This document shows, piece after piece, positions 11,723-25,481 of a DNA stretch of 64,000 nt. Location of the stretch: contig NC_045696.1 in the NCBI RefSeq assembly GCF_009834535.1, positions 109,122,001 through 109,186,000 on the forward strand, read 5' to 3'. Every line of letters begins with the position of its first letter. Positions within the stretch are counted from its first letter, which is position 1. A program made the translations under genes and the position numbers. The notes under the pieces are model-generated. The model saw only the letters and a list, made by a program, of their open reading frames with translations. It ran no database searches and was not told where the DNA came from. The DNA is from Camelus ferus. Lineage: Eukaryota.

Positions 11723-12209
11723 CAGTCAACAGAAAGTAGAAGAAGATACAATCACTAGGGGAAAATGAATGGAGGTGCTACAAAATTCTGCAGGGTCCTG
11801 GCTTGATCAGTGAGAAACCTTAGCATTAATTCTTTGAATCAGATTTGGTCTGTAGCCCGATGCTGCACAGTAAGAGAGTTAACGTGGAAGTCAGAGGCAT
11901 CGCTGGAAGGCGTAGAGTGCTAACCACTTCCCTCTCATGAATTGTTGAAATGGGAATTCTGTAGTTGGTTTGGAATGCTGAGTTTGCAATGCCACTTCTT
12001 TTGACTTGGCCAAAATGAGAGTAAAATATGGAAGAGACCAGCCAGAAGCTTGGTGGGAATGAAGGATTCTCCATACACCTGCATATATGTGTGACTGTGG
12101 AAGGGCTCATAGTCAGCTGCCTGCACCATGGCACCTAGTGTTAGGTGCCTGGAGATGGAGATGGTCATGGAAGGGTTTACATCTTCCTTAATATAGTAGG
12201 TTGGCTGTT

Positions 12210-12746
12210 TTCACCACATAATCTACATCTCTGACCTCTTCCTCTCTCCCAAGTTCATGACACTTCAATCACTTGGACTTTCTTTCCAGTCCTCAAATAT
12301 ACCGCATTCATTCCCATGTTAGAGTCTTGGCCCTTGCTCTTCCATTTACCCAGAAAGCCCTGCTTCTATTCTAGGTCATTGTATGACTGGCTTTTGGGAG
12401 CGTTATTCAGTTATTGGCTCAAATGCCCCTCCTTGCTGAGTTCTTTCCTGCCCACCAACTCAAATTAACAACTCTGTCCTCAATATATGTCCCTGCCCAA
12501 AAAGCACCCATTTTTTTCATCACATTATCCATTTTATTGTTTTCCTAGAACTCATTACTATTAGAAATTGTCTTGCTCATTTATTTTCTGCTTGTTTTTG
12601 TCTTTCCTCTCCATGAAAACAGAAGATCTGTGAGAGCAGGGACCCCATCTCCTTTGTTGACTGCCACATCCTCAGCTCTCAGAACAATTCCTGGCACATG
12701 GTACACATGTCATGAATGTTTGTTGAATGAATACATGATTGAATGA
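12210..12746 (+). mobile_element. L2 3' end
   Basis: tgagagcagggac...cctggcacatggta...tgtttgttgaatgaat terminus. Confidence 0.8.
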
Positions 12747-13775
12747 AACTTCTCTCTCCCACCTTGATCTTGGAGAAATTTCCTCCCATGTAATATAAGG
12801 TTTTCTAGAAAACAGAGCAAGTGACTGACCAAGACTCAGATAGGAAGAGATTCTTTTGTTGAAAGAACTCGTCCCTGGTATGGCAGCTTGCCCTTTAACT
12901 GGCTTAGTGTCCTGAGGTGACCAAGGAGGAAGGGAACACAAGACTTTATCCAGAGCCCAGCTCCCTCCGTGAGCACATCGAAAATACTCCACCAGAGCAA
13001 GCTAACCTTGTGTTTGAAAGGAGCCACAGCTCAGCAACACCCAGCCCATGGGAAGCTTACCGCCTTTTCAGCCCATCAGTGCCCCTCTGGTCCTTGGTGA
13101 AGATAGTCATAGACAAGAGCCCTCTGCCCTCCTCTCTGTGAAAGCCCGGCATATTGAGCTCAATTCAACTCTTGAGTATGTGGAGGAAAAACAACTTTCC
13201 TCTCGATATAGACAAAGAATTGCTTGCTAGTGTGCCCAGGGCCTGAGATAATTGACAGAGGATGGCTTTTAAAGGATGAACGCACATCAACAAAGCCATC
13301 GTTGGATCCCCTTCCAAGGATTTTGCCCCATGGGCAATTTCTTTCAGGACTTCGGAAGGAAGAGACCTGTAATTACTTAAATGAAAGAAGATGGGAGGAG
13401 TCCTCCTTGGAATGTCATCTCACAGGCTTTCCTGAGTTAGGAGTAATCTCCTGGCACTCTATACATGTTGGCCAACAGAGCTGGCTTTAGCCTCTCAAGG
13501 AAGTCTGGGAACGGGGTAGGGGTGGGGAACAAGCTTTCTACAGGGAATTTTTTTGGAAAGACATCTTGAATACAGGATGGGGGCAGATACTCAGGAGGGA
13601 AGGACTGCTCAGTGATGGTGTGAGAGGGTAACTAGACACACCACGGGGACCATGCCTACTGGAAAGGTGGCTGTGGGAGGAGAATTTTTTGGCTAGACAA
13701 CTAAACTGTTGGGAAGCCTTTTATTTCTTGATTTGCTCTTAGAGCTGCTGGATATATAAGAATATGGCCCACTCT

Positions 13776-13950
13776 GCATTCACTCACTCATTGATTCATC
13801 AGGCAACATTACTGAGTCACTGCTGTCAGAACACCACTTGGGGTCGTGAGGAATCAGCTCTGAACAGGACAGACAGGGCCCCTTTGCGCATAGGGCTTGC
13901 ACTCTAGAGGTGAAGACAGATATTTAATAGATATTTGCACAAGTAATTAA
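13776..13950 (-). mobile_element. L2 3' end
   Basis: cattcactcactcatt...gaacaggacagac...gcttgcactctag. Confidence 0.65.
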
Positions 13951-14369
13951 TAACAGATATGACTTTATATATAGGCAAGTGGGCCAAATGAAAAGAGCGT
14001 CTTTAAAAATAATAATCATAAAATATTTTTTTTAAAAAAAGAGGGTTTTGCAGCCAGTTTCTTCCCTGTGGCACTCTACATGTTAAAAAAAAAAAAAAAA
14101 AAAAAAGAAAACTCTGCAAGGATTTGGGGGTGGGGTGCAAAAGATAACCAGAGGCAGAGAGTGAGCAGCAGCCCTGGATCCCAGGAAAATGGAGCTCCAG
14201 GGAGGCACAGAAGCCAGGGGCCCACGGCTTTCCCCGTTTTTCTTCCTGTTCCAAACGTGCTCTCAGGGCAAGTGGCTCTGGGCAGGCCACTGTTCCCCAA
14301 CCCAACCCTCAAACTGTCTTTCCCCTCTCTGCTTACACCTGGAAAGCCACCCATGGTATTTCTCACACA

Positions 14370-14810
14370 GACTTCAGGTCCTCCAGGAAGCAGACACCAG
14401 GATGAAGTGAGAGGGGCAAGAGATTTACTGGAGGAGATGGCGGTGAAGGGGGCGGGAGGAGCAGGAGGCAGGGAGAGGCTTCAGACTCCAGTGCCATTCT
14501 GGCCCTCGGGGAAAGGACAGAGAATTAAGTAGGAAGCGACTCAGAGCAGTGTAGCCCCAAGAAAACCTTGGCCAGCCCAGTCAGGAGCTCTGGAACGAGG
14601 ATTGCCCATGGGAGGGGTCCTGCCCTGGACCGAGGTTGTCAGGCCCTAGTGCCCCAGCTGTACCTGGTCTCTCTGTTGCTGCGCAGGAGAGAGTGGCCTC
14701 GGTGGCTCAAACACAGCAACAGATCCTAAAGGCGCCGCAGAGGAGCCTATCAGCTCAAAAGTTTCCCTCTTGAAGGGAGATCTGTGTGGCACCCACCTGG
14801 GGCTGCCCCA
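14370..14810 (-). mobile_element. LTR16-family (ERVL) solo LTR
   Basis: ggaagcagacacc...gcaagagatttact...ctcttgaagggagatctg matches the recalled LTR16 reverse complement. Confidence 0.7.
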
Positions 14811-17234
14811 CGCTGGTCCCGGCTCTCCCACCCACGGTTCCGGTCTCCACGGCCATGGTGGACAGCCAAGGCAGGGTTTCCACAAGCAGAGCCTTTGGCC
14901 TCCAGGGAAGACAGCAGGGATGAGATGGGATAGGTGGGCATGAGGACACAGGCGGGCCTCTGGGGTTTGCGGAGACACCAGAAACATTGCCAAGGCTTGA
15001 GCGGTGCCAGCTATGATGGCTGAATGACAGCTCGGGGTGGAACAGGGCTGGGAAGGCCAGCCAGTGGCCAGGGAGACGGGAAGTAGCTGACCACCAGGAA
15101 TGGCCACGTGGACAAGCCAGGGATGGGGAGGCAAGACGCATCTGTCACATGCAGGAGCAAGTTTAGCACCTCCTCCTTGGTCCCCTATATTCTCAGGGCA
15201 AATCTAGACACCCGCCTCTACAAACGCTCATCAACACCCAACGGTGTCCATCCTTCTGATCCTCAGTAGCTTAGTAACTGATATCAAAGAAAATACCTGA
15301 AAATCGTTTAGATAAAAAAAATTCAAGAATTAAGCCCAATCTACGTTAAATGAATTTTAAGCCATATTCCTCAAAATAGACAAAAACCATCATCTTAGCA
15401 GTACATTTAGTCTCATTTAATAGTTCTCTGAAAAACTCATCCTGAATGTCAATCCAATGTTAAGAGACCCTAGGACACACCAAAGATAATATTGTATTGT
15501 GAAATGAGGACAACACTGAACTAAAATCTCTGTAGCTAAGGTCCAAAGACTAAATAAAATGAAATAAAACAATACTGATCCATCAAGAGCTGCCCCGTAC
15601 TTCTGAGCACTGCATGTATTACAAACACAAAACCTGGACGTCCACCCTCGTGATGAGCGCTGTTGAGAGCCCAGGAAAACCTGTTCCTGGGCCTTTTGTC
15701 CTGAATCCTCAAAACAAAGTGACTGGCTGTTGTGTGAAGGTGTGACATCAGAGGGGAGCAGTGTGCTTAGATGGTGAAGAGTGCTCAGATTGAGCAAATT
15801 AGCCCACCCCACCCTTCCTCTCACAGAGTATGAATGCAATAGATGTTTGCATCATAACAGAATATAATTTCCCAGCAGTGCTGGGCATCTGTTCCTTGCC
15901 TCAATTTGTGTTCCAATGTGTGTTTCTGGATGTTCTCCACGAATTAGTGCTGTATTCACAGCAGCTGTGTGTATACGGTGGCTAAGGGACAGTTTGCAGT
16001 ATTAAGTCACTCATATTGCTCTTAAATTTGGTTGTCAGCGGAATCTGTAATGTTTAAGTACGTAAGCCTCCATTGGTGCTCTTGGCCTGGGCCCTACAAA
16101 TGTGAGGGTCAGGCCTGGACGGTGGTACCCTGGTTACCAAGCAGAAGTCAACACAAGGATCTATGTAAACTGGGCCACAGCTCACGAAAACATCCCCGTG
16201 CTGGGTCATTAGCAATGATGATAATCGCAGCAGCAGCTCCGTAAACGCACCCGAAGGCACCAGGTCCTACACGTTCTGCTCTTGTAATCAGCTCTTTGCC
16301 CGGCTCTGCGTGGTGGGTCTGTGTACTGCGGGGTAAGTGCTGGGAGGAACATCCCTCGCGCCCCGGGTCTCAGCAGCTCTATTTGGAAAGGAAGGACCAC
16401 TTCTTGTTCTACCTCAGCCCTCGCCCTCCCAGTCAAGGAATCTGGGCTCCCTAAAGGTCTGCTCCCCGTGGGCTCTGGAGACATGCTTCCAGACGGCCTC
16501 CTCACTCTCCTCGGCCCAGCACCGCCGCCCCTTCTGCCCAAGTCCGTGTAAGGGCATCTCTCTGCTGGTGGCTGGGCTGAGCTGCAGGGCCCAGCCTGGG
16601 GACCTGCCTCTTCCACTAGCTCCCTTACTTCATGAACAGAAACCCCTCCTCCACTGCTGCTCCACGCATCTCCTCAGAGAGCCCCCAGGCTCCTTCTGCA
16701 GAGTCCCTTGTTACTTGGGCTTCTCCCAGCTTCCAGACATCCTTCAAGGACAGGGTCCTCTTGTGGCATCTTCCATATGGCTGTCCCCCATCACCCCACC
16801 TAATCCCTGGGAATCTCCATGGCACAGGTTCAGCCAAGAGAGAACATGTCTTTCCCCTCCTGCACCACATGAAAGGCCTGCATGGTCTCTTTCAAAATAG
16901 GCGTTTAATCTGTCCCCGACATGACCCTTTCAAAGTATTCATTTTTCCCAGTTTTAAAGGAAAGAAAGAAAAGGCTAAGCTATGGTCCAATTCTACTGCA
17001 TACTTTGCTACATATCTAACAATCCATCTGACATCTTCTCAGCTGCCAAAGATCTCCATTTCCGACCTGTTTCTCAGAGTTGGGGATGTTCCAGAGGGGA
17101 GGTCAGAGGCCACCCACCACATGCCACACATCTCTGAGAAGTTCTGGAGCCTGGTTCTGGAATCTTCCCAAAAGAAACACAAGGCTTCCCACATGTGTTC
17201 AAACTGTCAGGGCCAGAAGACCAGGGAAACCATG

Positions 17235-17343
17235 CAGTGTGGTTCCCTAATTTTACAGGTGGGGAAACTGAGGTGCCTAGGGGAGAGGCAACTGGCCAGG
17301 GTCACTCTGGGCTCAGTGGCAGGGCAGGAGCTCTGACCTGGGG
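17235..17343 (-). mobile_element. MIR
   Basis: ttttacaggtggggaaactgagg...agggtcac. Confidence 0.75.
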
Positions 17344-17878
17344 TGCTTTTCATCACAGAAAGCCTGTGGACTTTGTTTCCAGGAGACAAGCCTACACTTC
17401 CTCAGTAAATAGGAAGGGACTTCCAGGGCCTTGTCATCACCCCGAAGGAAGATTGTAGCCAGGAAGTGTGGGCAGAAGACCTTGGACAGTTGCCAACCGA
17501 GCTGCCTAGCTCCAGACTTATTTGGGCCTGGAGCGAGGAAGGAAACATGAAAGTAGGAGGAGGGGAAGGGGCAGTGGGGACCTCCTCCCCACGCCCTCTC
17601 TGCAGCCTCTACTCTCTGCCCCCACCTCCCTCACCGTTCCTGGATCCACACTCCCCTCCTTCCCACTGCAACACATCCTGCCTGGCCTTCCCCACTGTCT
17701 CATCACCTGTGCCTCCTTCTGCGCTAAATAAGAGAAAAGGTGAGAAGATGCTCAGAAAAGTAAAGGAAGCGGGTGTTAAGGAGGTAAGTTACACATCTGA
17801 TACAGTGAGAGCACTTGATATAGCTCCCCAAGAAGACAGACCTGCAGCGCCCAGGCTGGCTGCGGAGCACCTTGGTGC

Positions 17879-18042
17879 CGTGGTTCTCGACCTTGGAAAC
17901 TCACTGCAACTACCTAAGGAGCTTTAAAGAATACAGATGCACACCCAAAGACTGATTTATTTTATTTTTTAGTACAGCCTGAGCATCAGGATTTGTAAAA
18001 GCTCTTTTGATGATTCTAATATGTACCCAAGGTTGAGATCTA
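17879..18042. mobile_element. MER5A-like hAT-Charlie MITE
   Basis: gtggttctcgaccttg...tgattctaatatgtacccaaggttgaga, with degenerate terminal inverted repeats. Confidence 0.75.
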
Positions 18043-21000
18043 GTTCTTAGAAGAAAAAGCCCCAGATCGCCTCATATTGGGTTCTCTGTTTCAAGAAGCA
18101 GCAAATAATGTTTAGGTAGAAAATACTCAAATCCTTTTCCTATCCTATTCTCAGCCTGCACGCCAGGAAATTACAATTGTTCTAGCCTAAACTACCAGAT
18201 TTTCTGCTGAGATCCTTTTCCTGGCATCCTGGGCCTCTGCTACCACTGTCAAATCCCCACACCTCAGATTCTCCAAAGTGCTTTCCAGTTCCCAAAGCCC
18301 CTTGGTATGTGGCTCCATAAAAAATGTTTAGAGTCACCACCACTGTGAGTGTGATCTATTTAAAAAAAAAAAAAAATCTTTCTTTTCTAGGCAAGGTAGA
18401 GTAACTGGTACCAGGTTTGTCCTCCCACTGTAAAAAATGATAAAGTTGAAAATATGTAAAACTGCTGTTTCCAAATACTGGACAATGGGCAGTGCAAGGC
18501 AATAATCAAGGAGAATTAGGAAACAGTGAGCCCTGCAACTGCCTGGCTTTCTGCCAGGAGCCACTTTTCCAGAGAGTAGTACAGAATAGTATTACAGTCT
18601 TGCTAAGTTAAGCAGACAGAGATCAGAGTTCAGAGAGGCAGAAACGGCTGGAATTTATGGGGCTGAGCCCTAGAGAGGAAAGAACTATGCTAAGAAGGAG
18701 TTCCTGGAATCTACATAGTGATCTCCTTGAGTCTGTTACTGAAAACCGAGCTGTGAATGGCCAGGGTGAAACTCCAAGAGGCTATTCAAAGAAGTACTGG
18801 GGATCTGCACTGAACAATCCCAGGGCTTCCACAGGGTTATGCGATAGTATAGATCTAGCCAGAGGAGGAGATTTCACTGGACACCCAGGGCACTTAGTCA
18901 AGATTCTAGAAGGGTTACATCTAGTAGTAGGCTAAAATAGACCTCAAGTAAAGGCTACTGTAGGCCTGCCTTAACAAATTTAAAAGCAAACCTTCAAAAA
19001 ATTGAGTTGATCCTAAATTTCTTAAGTGCATGCCGAAACAAAGTTGAATATTCTTTAAAGAGAAAAATATCAACCACTCAAAAAGGCAACTGTGACAATG
19101 CCTACCACCCCCCCCCAAAAATTACTAGACACACAAAGATGTAGGAAAATGTGACCCATAACTACAAAAAAAAAAAAAAAATCAGCAATAGAAACGTACC
19201 CAGAAACAACAGAGATTTTGGAATAAGCAAACAATTGTGTTAAAACAGTTATTATAAATATGCTAATATAAATAGACATAATGAGAAAAGAAATAGATTA
19301 TAAAAAAGAGAACAAATAGAAATTCTAGGGATAAAAAATACAATATCTGAAGTGAAAAGTTTAGTGAATGGAATTACCATCAGATTACATAATGCAGAAG
19401 AAAAGGCAAGTGAATTTGAAGACATAATAATAGAAATTCTCCAAACTGACACATGGAGAGAAGAAAAAAACTGAAAAAACTAACAGAAAAAAATTAACAG
19501 AGCCTGTGAACCATGAAAACATGTCAAGTGGTTGAATATATGTATAAGCAGTTGAGGAGCAGAGAAATACTTGGAGAAATTATGTCCAAAATATTTCCAA
19601 ATTTGATAAAAAATTTTAAATCCCAGATCTAATTAGCTAAAATAATCCTAAAAGGGCATACACAAATAAAACAACACGGAGGCATAGGGCTAAAAGCCTA
19701 GGATAAGGAGCAGACAGAGGGGTAAAAAAAGACACAAAGGAAGGAAACAGAAAAAGACTTAAAAGAAAAAAAATGAGAACTCCCATAAATTTATCATCAG
19801 AAAAAAATGTAAGCCAGAAGACAATGAAATGGCATCTTTGAAATGCTGAAAGGAAAACCAATCTAGAATTCTATAAGAAGTGAAAATACACTTCAAAACT
19901 AAAAGTGAAGTAAAGACATTTCAAGCAATCAAAAGCTGAGAGAATTCATTGTCAACAGACCTAGTTTACAAAATAATATTGATTATAAATATAAACAGAA
20001 AAAATTTATAAATAAAAATTAGAACTTTCTTCAGGCTGAAGAAAAATGATTCTGATGGAAACTTGTACCTGTAGAAAGGAATGAAAAAATGCTATTTCAG
20101 AAATAGTAAATAGGTGAGTAAATATAAGATTTTTTTTCTCATTTAAAAATTTATTTAAAAGATAACTAGCTGTTCAAAGAAAAAAAATAAAAACTGTATT
20201 ATGGGATTTATAACAGAATGTATAATAATAACAGTACAAAGGATTGGAGGCTTAAACATATTGCTATAAAGTTCTATATTATACCTGACATGGTATAATA
20301 GTGTTTAAATGGAGACTGTGATAAGTTAAAGATATACATTGTAAATCCTATTGTAACCATTACAAAATAAAACAAAGACATATACCTAAAAACTAAAAGT
20401 GGAGATAAAGTGAAATACCAACAGGATTACAAAAAAAAAAAAAAATCAGCCCCAACTATATGCTATCTATAAGAAATCCACTTTAAACATAAAGACACAT
20501 AAAAGTTAAAGGTAAAAATATCTTTTATGGAAAAATATATACAATGCAAATACTAATTATAAGAAAGCTAACAATGCTATATTAGAAGAGGTAGGTTCTA
20601 GTTCAAAGAATATTATCAAAGATAAAAATGAACATTTCATAATGATAAAAGGGTCAATTCACCAGAAAACATAACAATCCTCGACATTTTTGTACCCAGC
20701 AATAAAACTTCAAACTGCATAAAACAAAAATTAACAGAACTGAAAGGAGAAATAGATTTTATCCATAATTATAGTTGGATATTTCAACACTTCTCTATTA
20801 ATTTATAGAACAAGCAGACAGAACACTAGCTAGTATATGGAGATTTAAACAGTAACCAACCAACTTGGTTTCATTAACGTTTATAGAACACTACACCAAA
20901 AACAGCAGAACACACATTCTTTTCATGTGTAAGAGGAGCATTCACCAGGATAGACCATATTCTGGGCCATAAAACAATTCTCAATAAATATTAAAATATT

Positions 21001-22380
21001 GAAGTAAATGTTCTCTGCCTACTCAGAATTAAATTAGAAATCAATAACAAATAGATATCTAGGGGAAAAAAATCCCCCAATATTTAGAAATTAAAAAGCA
21101 AACTTCTTAATAATCTATGGGTCAAAGAAGAAATCATGAAAATATTTTGAAGTAGATGAAAACGAATACACAACATATCGAAATTTACACAGTGCAGCCA
21201 AAGAAGTACTTAGAGAAAAATTAATAGCTTTATATTTTTATACTAGAAAAGAAGGTCTAAAATCAGTTACTTAAGTTTCCACTTTGAGAAGCTAAAATAT
21301 GAAGATCATATTAAATTGAAAGTAGAAAGAGTGAAAATCAATGAAAATGGACAATGAGAGCATCATTTTTTAAACCTCTAGTTTTTTTAAAAAATCAATA
21401 AAATTTATAAACTGTTAGCTAGAGTGATCAAGAAGAAAAGAGAGAAGACACAATCACTAATACCAGGAATGAAAGAGGGTACATTATTGCAGATGTTACA
21501 GATGTGGAAAAGATAAAAGGGAGTATTATGAACAAATCTATGCCAATACCTGACAACTCAGATGAAATGGACAAATTATTTGAAAAATATAATTTACCAA
21601 AACAAGAAAAGAAAAAATAAAAAGTTTGGATAATCATATGCCTATTAAATAAATTGAATTCGTAAATAAACATCTTCCTGTAAAGAAAATTCCAGTCGCA
21701 GATGGCATTACTGATGGATTCTTTCAAACATTTCAGAGAGAAATACTAGTACTATACAAACTCTCAATAGAAGAGATGAGGGAACATTTTCAAACTTGGT
21801 CTATGGAGGCAGCATTACCTTATCACTAAAATCAAGCACAGATACTAAAAGAAAGCTACACATCAATATCCCTCATGAATACAAACACAAAAATATCTAA
21901 CAAAATATTAGCCTAGAGTTTAGCAGTATTTAAAAAGGATAATATATTATACACAAGTAGGGTTTATCCCAGTAAACCAGAGTTAACAGTCATTTGTCAT
22001 TTGAAAATCAATCAGCACAATTCACCATATTAACAGAATAAAAGATAAAAACAACAGGATCATCTTAGGAAACAAAAAACCAAGAAAAAAAGCAAATAAA
22101 AACATTTGACAAAATTCCACATCTGTTTACAGTAAAAACTCAACCGCTTAGGAACAGTTGGGAATTTCCCAACTTGTAAACATAGTCTATGAGAAACCCA
22201 CAGCTAACTTCATACCTAATAGTAAAAGATGGAATGCTTTCTACCTGAGATCAGGAACTAGGCAAGAATGTCTGCTCTCACCATTTCTGTCCAACTTTGT
22301 GCAAGAGGTCTTAGTCAGCATAAGAGGCAAGCACACAGAATAAAAGGCATACAGATTGGAAAATGAGAAGTAAAACTACA

Positions 22381-22565
22381 TTGTTTAAAGGGCATAGAGT
22401 TTAAGTTGAGGAAGATGAAAAAGTTCTGGAGATGGATGGTGGTAATGGTTGCATAAAAATGTGAATGCACTTAATGCCACAGAACTGTACACTTAAAAAT
22501 GGTTAAAATGGTAAATTTTATGCTATATATATTTTATCACAATACAAAATTAGTAAAATTTTTAA
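22381..22565 (+). mobile_element. L1MB-like 3' tip nested in the old L1 ORF2
   Basis: gatgaaaaagttctggagatggatggtgg...gtacacttaaaaatggttaaaatgg; ORF2 resumes afterwards. Confidence 0.8.
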
Positions 22566-23711
22566 AAGAAATATAACTGCCCTTATTATCAGATGACATG
22601 ATTGTGTATACAGAAAACACGAGTCTACAAAAATGCTACTAGAAGTAATAAGTTTTAGAGCACAGAATACAAAGTCAATATACAAAAATTGAATGTATTT
22701 CAGTATAGTTGCAATGAGCAATTAGAAAAAACAGCATTTACAATATCATTGAAAAAGTATTATCTATTTAGGGATAAATTTAACAAAAAAAATGTGTAAG
22801 ACTTCTGTACTACAAACTGCAAAACATTACTAAGAAAAATTAATGACCAAAATAAATGGAGAATTGTACATGAATTGGAAAAGCCAATATTGTTACAAAA
22901 TCAGTTCTGCCCAAATTGATCTATAGAGTCAGTGTGATGTTGACATGCTGATTCTAAAATTTATAAGGGAGTACAAAGGACTTAGAATAGTTAAGAAAAT
23001 TTTTATGAACAACAGATTTGAAATACTTCCCTACCTGATTTCAAGACTAAGTACTATAATTATCAAGACAATGTGGTATTAACATAAGGATAGACATATA
23101 AATCAATGGGACAAAACAGAGAATCCAGAAATGGACCTACACATATGTGGCCATTATTTTTGACACAAGTGCAAACATAAATTCAATGGCAGAAGGGAAG
23201 CTTTTGGAAAAATGGTGCTGTTCCAACAACTGGAGGTAGTATGTGGGGGAAAAGAAAAAGAACATTTTTCTTTAGAAAAGATCTTCTTTTTCTTAAGAAC
23301 CTTTACTCTTATCTCATACCATAGACAAAAATTTACTTAAAATGCATCATAGACCTAAAGATAAAGAATAAACTAAAGCTTCTAAAAGAAAATGTAGGAG
23401 TCAAGTTTTGTAATCTTGGCATAGGCAAAATTTCTTAGGATACCAAAAAACACAAACCATAAAAGATAAGATTATTAAGTTGGACTTCATTAAGTTAAAA
23501 ATACTTCTACTTTCAAAAGGCACTATTAAGAAAATGACAAGGTAACTCACAGAATGGGAGAAAATGTTTCTGATTAGTAAACACACATCTGACAAAGGAT
23601 GTATATATAAAATACATAAAGAACTCAATAATAAAAGCACAAATATGAGCAAAAGATTTGAACAGAAACTACAAAAGGAAATATACAGATAATCAAAAGC
23701 ACATGAAATGA

Positions 23712-24516
23712 GTCAGAATGGCCATCATTAAAAAGTCCACAAATGATAAATGCTAGAGGGGGTGTGGAGTAAAGGGATTGCTCCTACACTGCTGGTGGGA
23801 ATGTAGTTTTGTATAGTCATTATGGAAAACAGTATGGAGATGCCTCAAAAAACTAAAAATAAACTTACAGTATGACCCAGCAGTCCCACTCCTGAGCGTA
23901 TATCTGGAGGAAAATATAATTCGAAAAGACACATGCAGCCCAATGTTCACAGCAGCGCTATTTACAATAGCCAAGACATGGAAATGACCTAAATGTCCAT
24001 CGACAGATGACTGATAAAGAAGTTGTGGTGTATTTATGCAATGGCTACTACTCAGCCATAAAAAAAGAATAAAATAATGCCATTTGCAGCAACATTGGTG
24101 GACCCAGAGATTGTCATACTAAGTGAAGTAAGCCAGAAAGAGAAAGAAAAATACTATATGATTTTACCACTCTTATGTGGAATCTAGGGGAAAAAAATAC
24201 AAATGAACTTATTTACAAAACAGAAACAGACTCCCAGACATAGAAAATAAACTTATGGCTACCCAAAGGAAAAGAGTTTGAAAAAGGATAAATTGGGAGT
24301 TCGAGATTTGCAGATACTAACTACTATATATAAAATAGATAAGCAACAAGTTTCTTCTGTATAGCACAGGGAACTATATTCAATATTTTGTAGTAACTTA
24401 ACGATGAAAAGGAATATGTGTGTGTTCATGTGTGAGTGAAACATTATGCTGTGCACCAGAAATGGATACATTGTAAACTGAGTAAACTTCAATTTAAAAA
24501 ACTCTTAAATTAAAAA
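23712..24516 (+). mobile_element. Young 5'-truncated L1 nested in the old L1
   Basis: Closely resembles 4834-5635; perfect 17-bp TSD aaaagcacatgaaatga at 23695-23711 and 24517-24533. Confidence 0.93.
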
Positions 24517-25066
24517 AAAAGCACATGAAATGATGCTCAACGTCATTTAACTACCAAGTAAATGCAAAGTAAAATCATAATAAGAGATACAGCCTATCCA
24601 TTAGAATGGCTAAAATTAAAAGCAGGTACAATACAAAGTGCTGGAAAAAATGTGGGGCATTTAGAACTCTCACACATTGTTGGTAAGCATGGTAAATGGA
24701 AAACAGTTCGGCAGTTTCCAAAAAGTTAGCCGTACACTTATCCTACAACTCGGCAATCCATCCCCAGGCATCTGCTCAAGAGAAACAAAGACTTTATTTG
24801 TACTATACAAACACTATAAGCAACCTAAATGTCCATCAAATGACTAGAAAGACTCATTGTGATGAAGCCATACAATGGGATACTAGTCAATAATAAAAAA
24901 GAAACAAACTATTGCTAACCACAAAAAAAGGATGAACCTCAAGAGCATTGTTCCAAGTAAAAGAAATCAGACAGAGAAGTGCATACTTTATCAGTCCATT
25001 TATATGAAACTCTAAAGAAGACAAATTTGACCTCTAGTGACAATAGCGACAAAAGCAGATAAGTGG

Positions 25067-25240
25067 CAGGAAATACAGGGAGGACAGATACAGCTTAGGG
25101 ATAGAGTACGTGCCTAGCTGGGTTCAATCCCCAGCACCTCCATATAAATAAATAAGTAAAACCTGATTAGCTGCCCCCACCTAAAATATATACGGTGCTG
25201 TATGTCAATTATATCTCAATAAAATTGGAAAGAAAAAAAA
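25067..25240 (+). mobile_element. Short L1 3' tip containing an internally deleted Vic-1-like SINE
   Basis: SINE body ~25078-25185, then tgtatgtcaattatatctcaataaaa and an A-tail; TSD aaaagcagataagtgg 25051-25066 / aaaggcagatcagtgg 25241-25256. Confidence 0.75.
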
Positions 25241-25305
25241 AAAGGCAGATCAGTGGTTGCCTGAGGTTGGGGTGGCTGGAGGGCATCCCTGCAAAGGGGG
25301 ACTAA

Positions 25306-25481
25306 CAGTACTGGCTACATAATCTGTGGGGCCCAGTGCAAAATAAGAACATGGACCCCTTTGTTCAAAAATTATTGAGAATTGCAAGGCATTGGCAGCA
25401 GAGCTTTAAACTGAGGGCTGAGCCCTTCTCAGCATGAGCCTGCATGAGAGCACCGATCACCCATCCATGAAACCAACCCTG
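25306..25481. mobile_element. MER45A (hAT-Tip100)
   Basis: ggctacataatctgtggggcccagtgcaaaat...ccatgaaaccaaccctg; CAG...CTG ends. Confidence 0.8.

Noticed and set aside
16209..17927. Overlapping ORFs of 135-234 aa
   Set aside because: Open on both strands, run into MIR/MER5 repeats, and show no domain signature or coherent exon chain.
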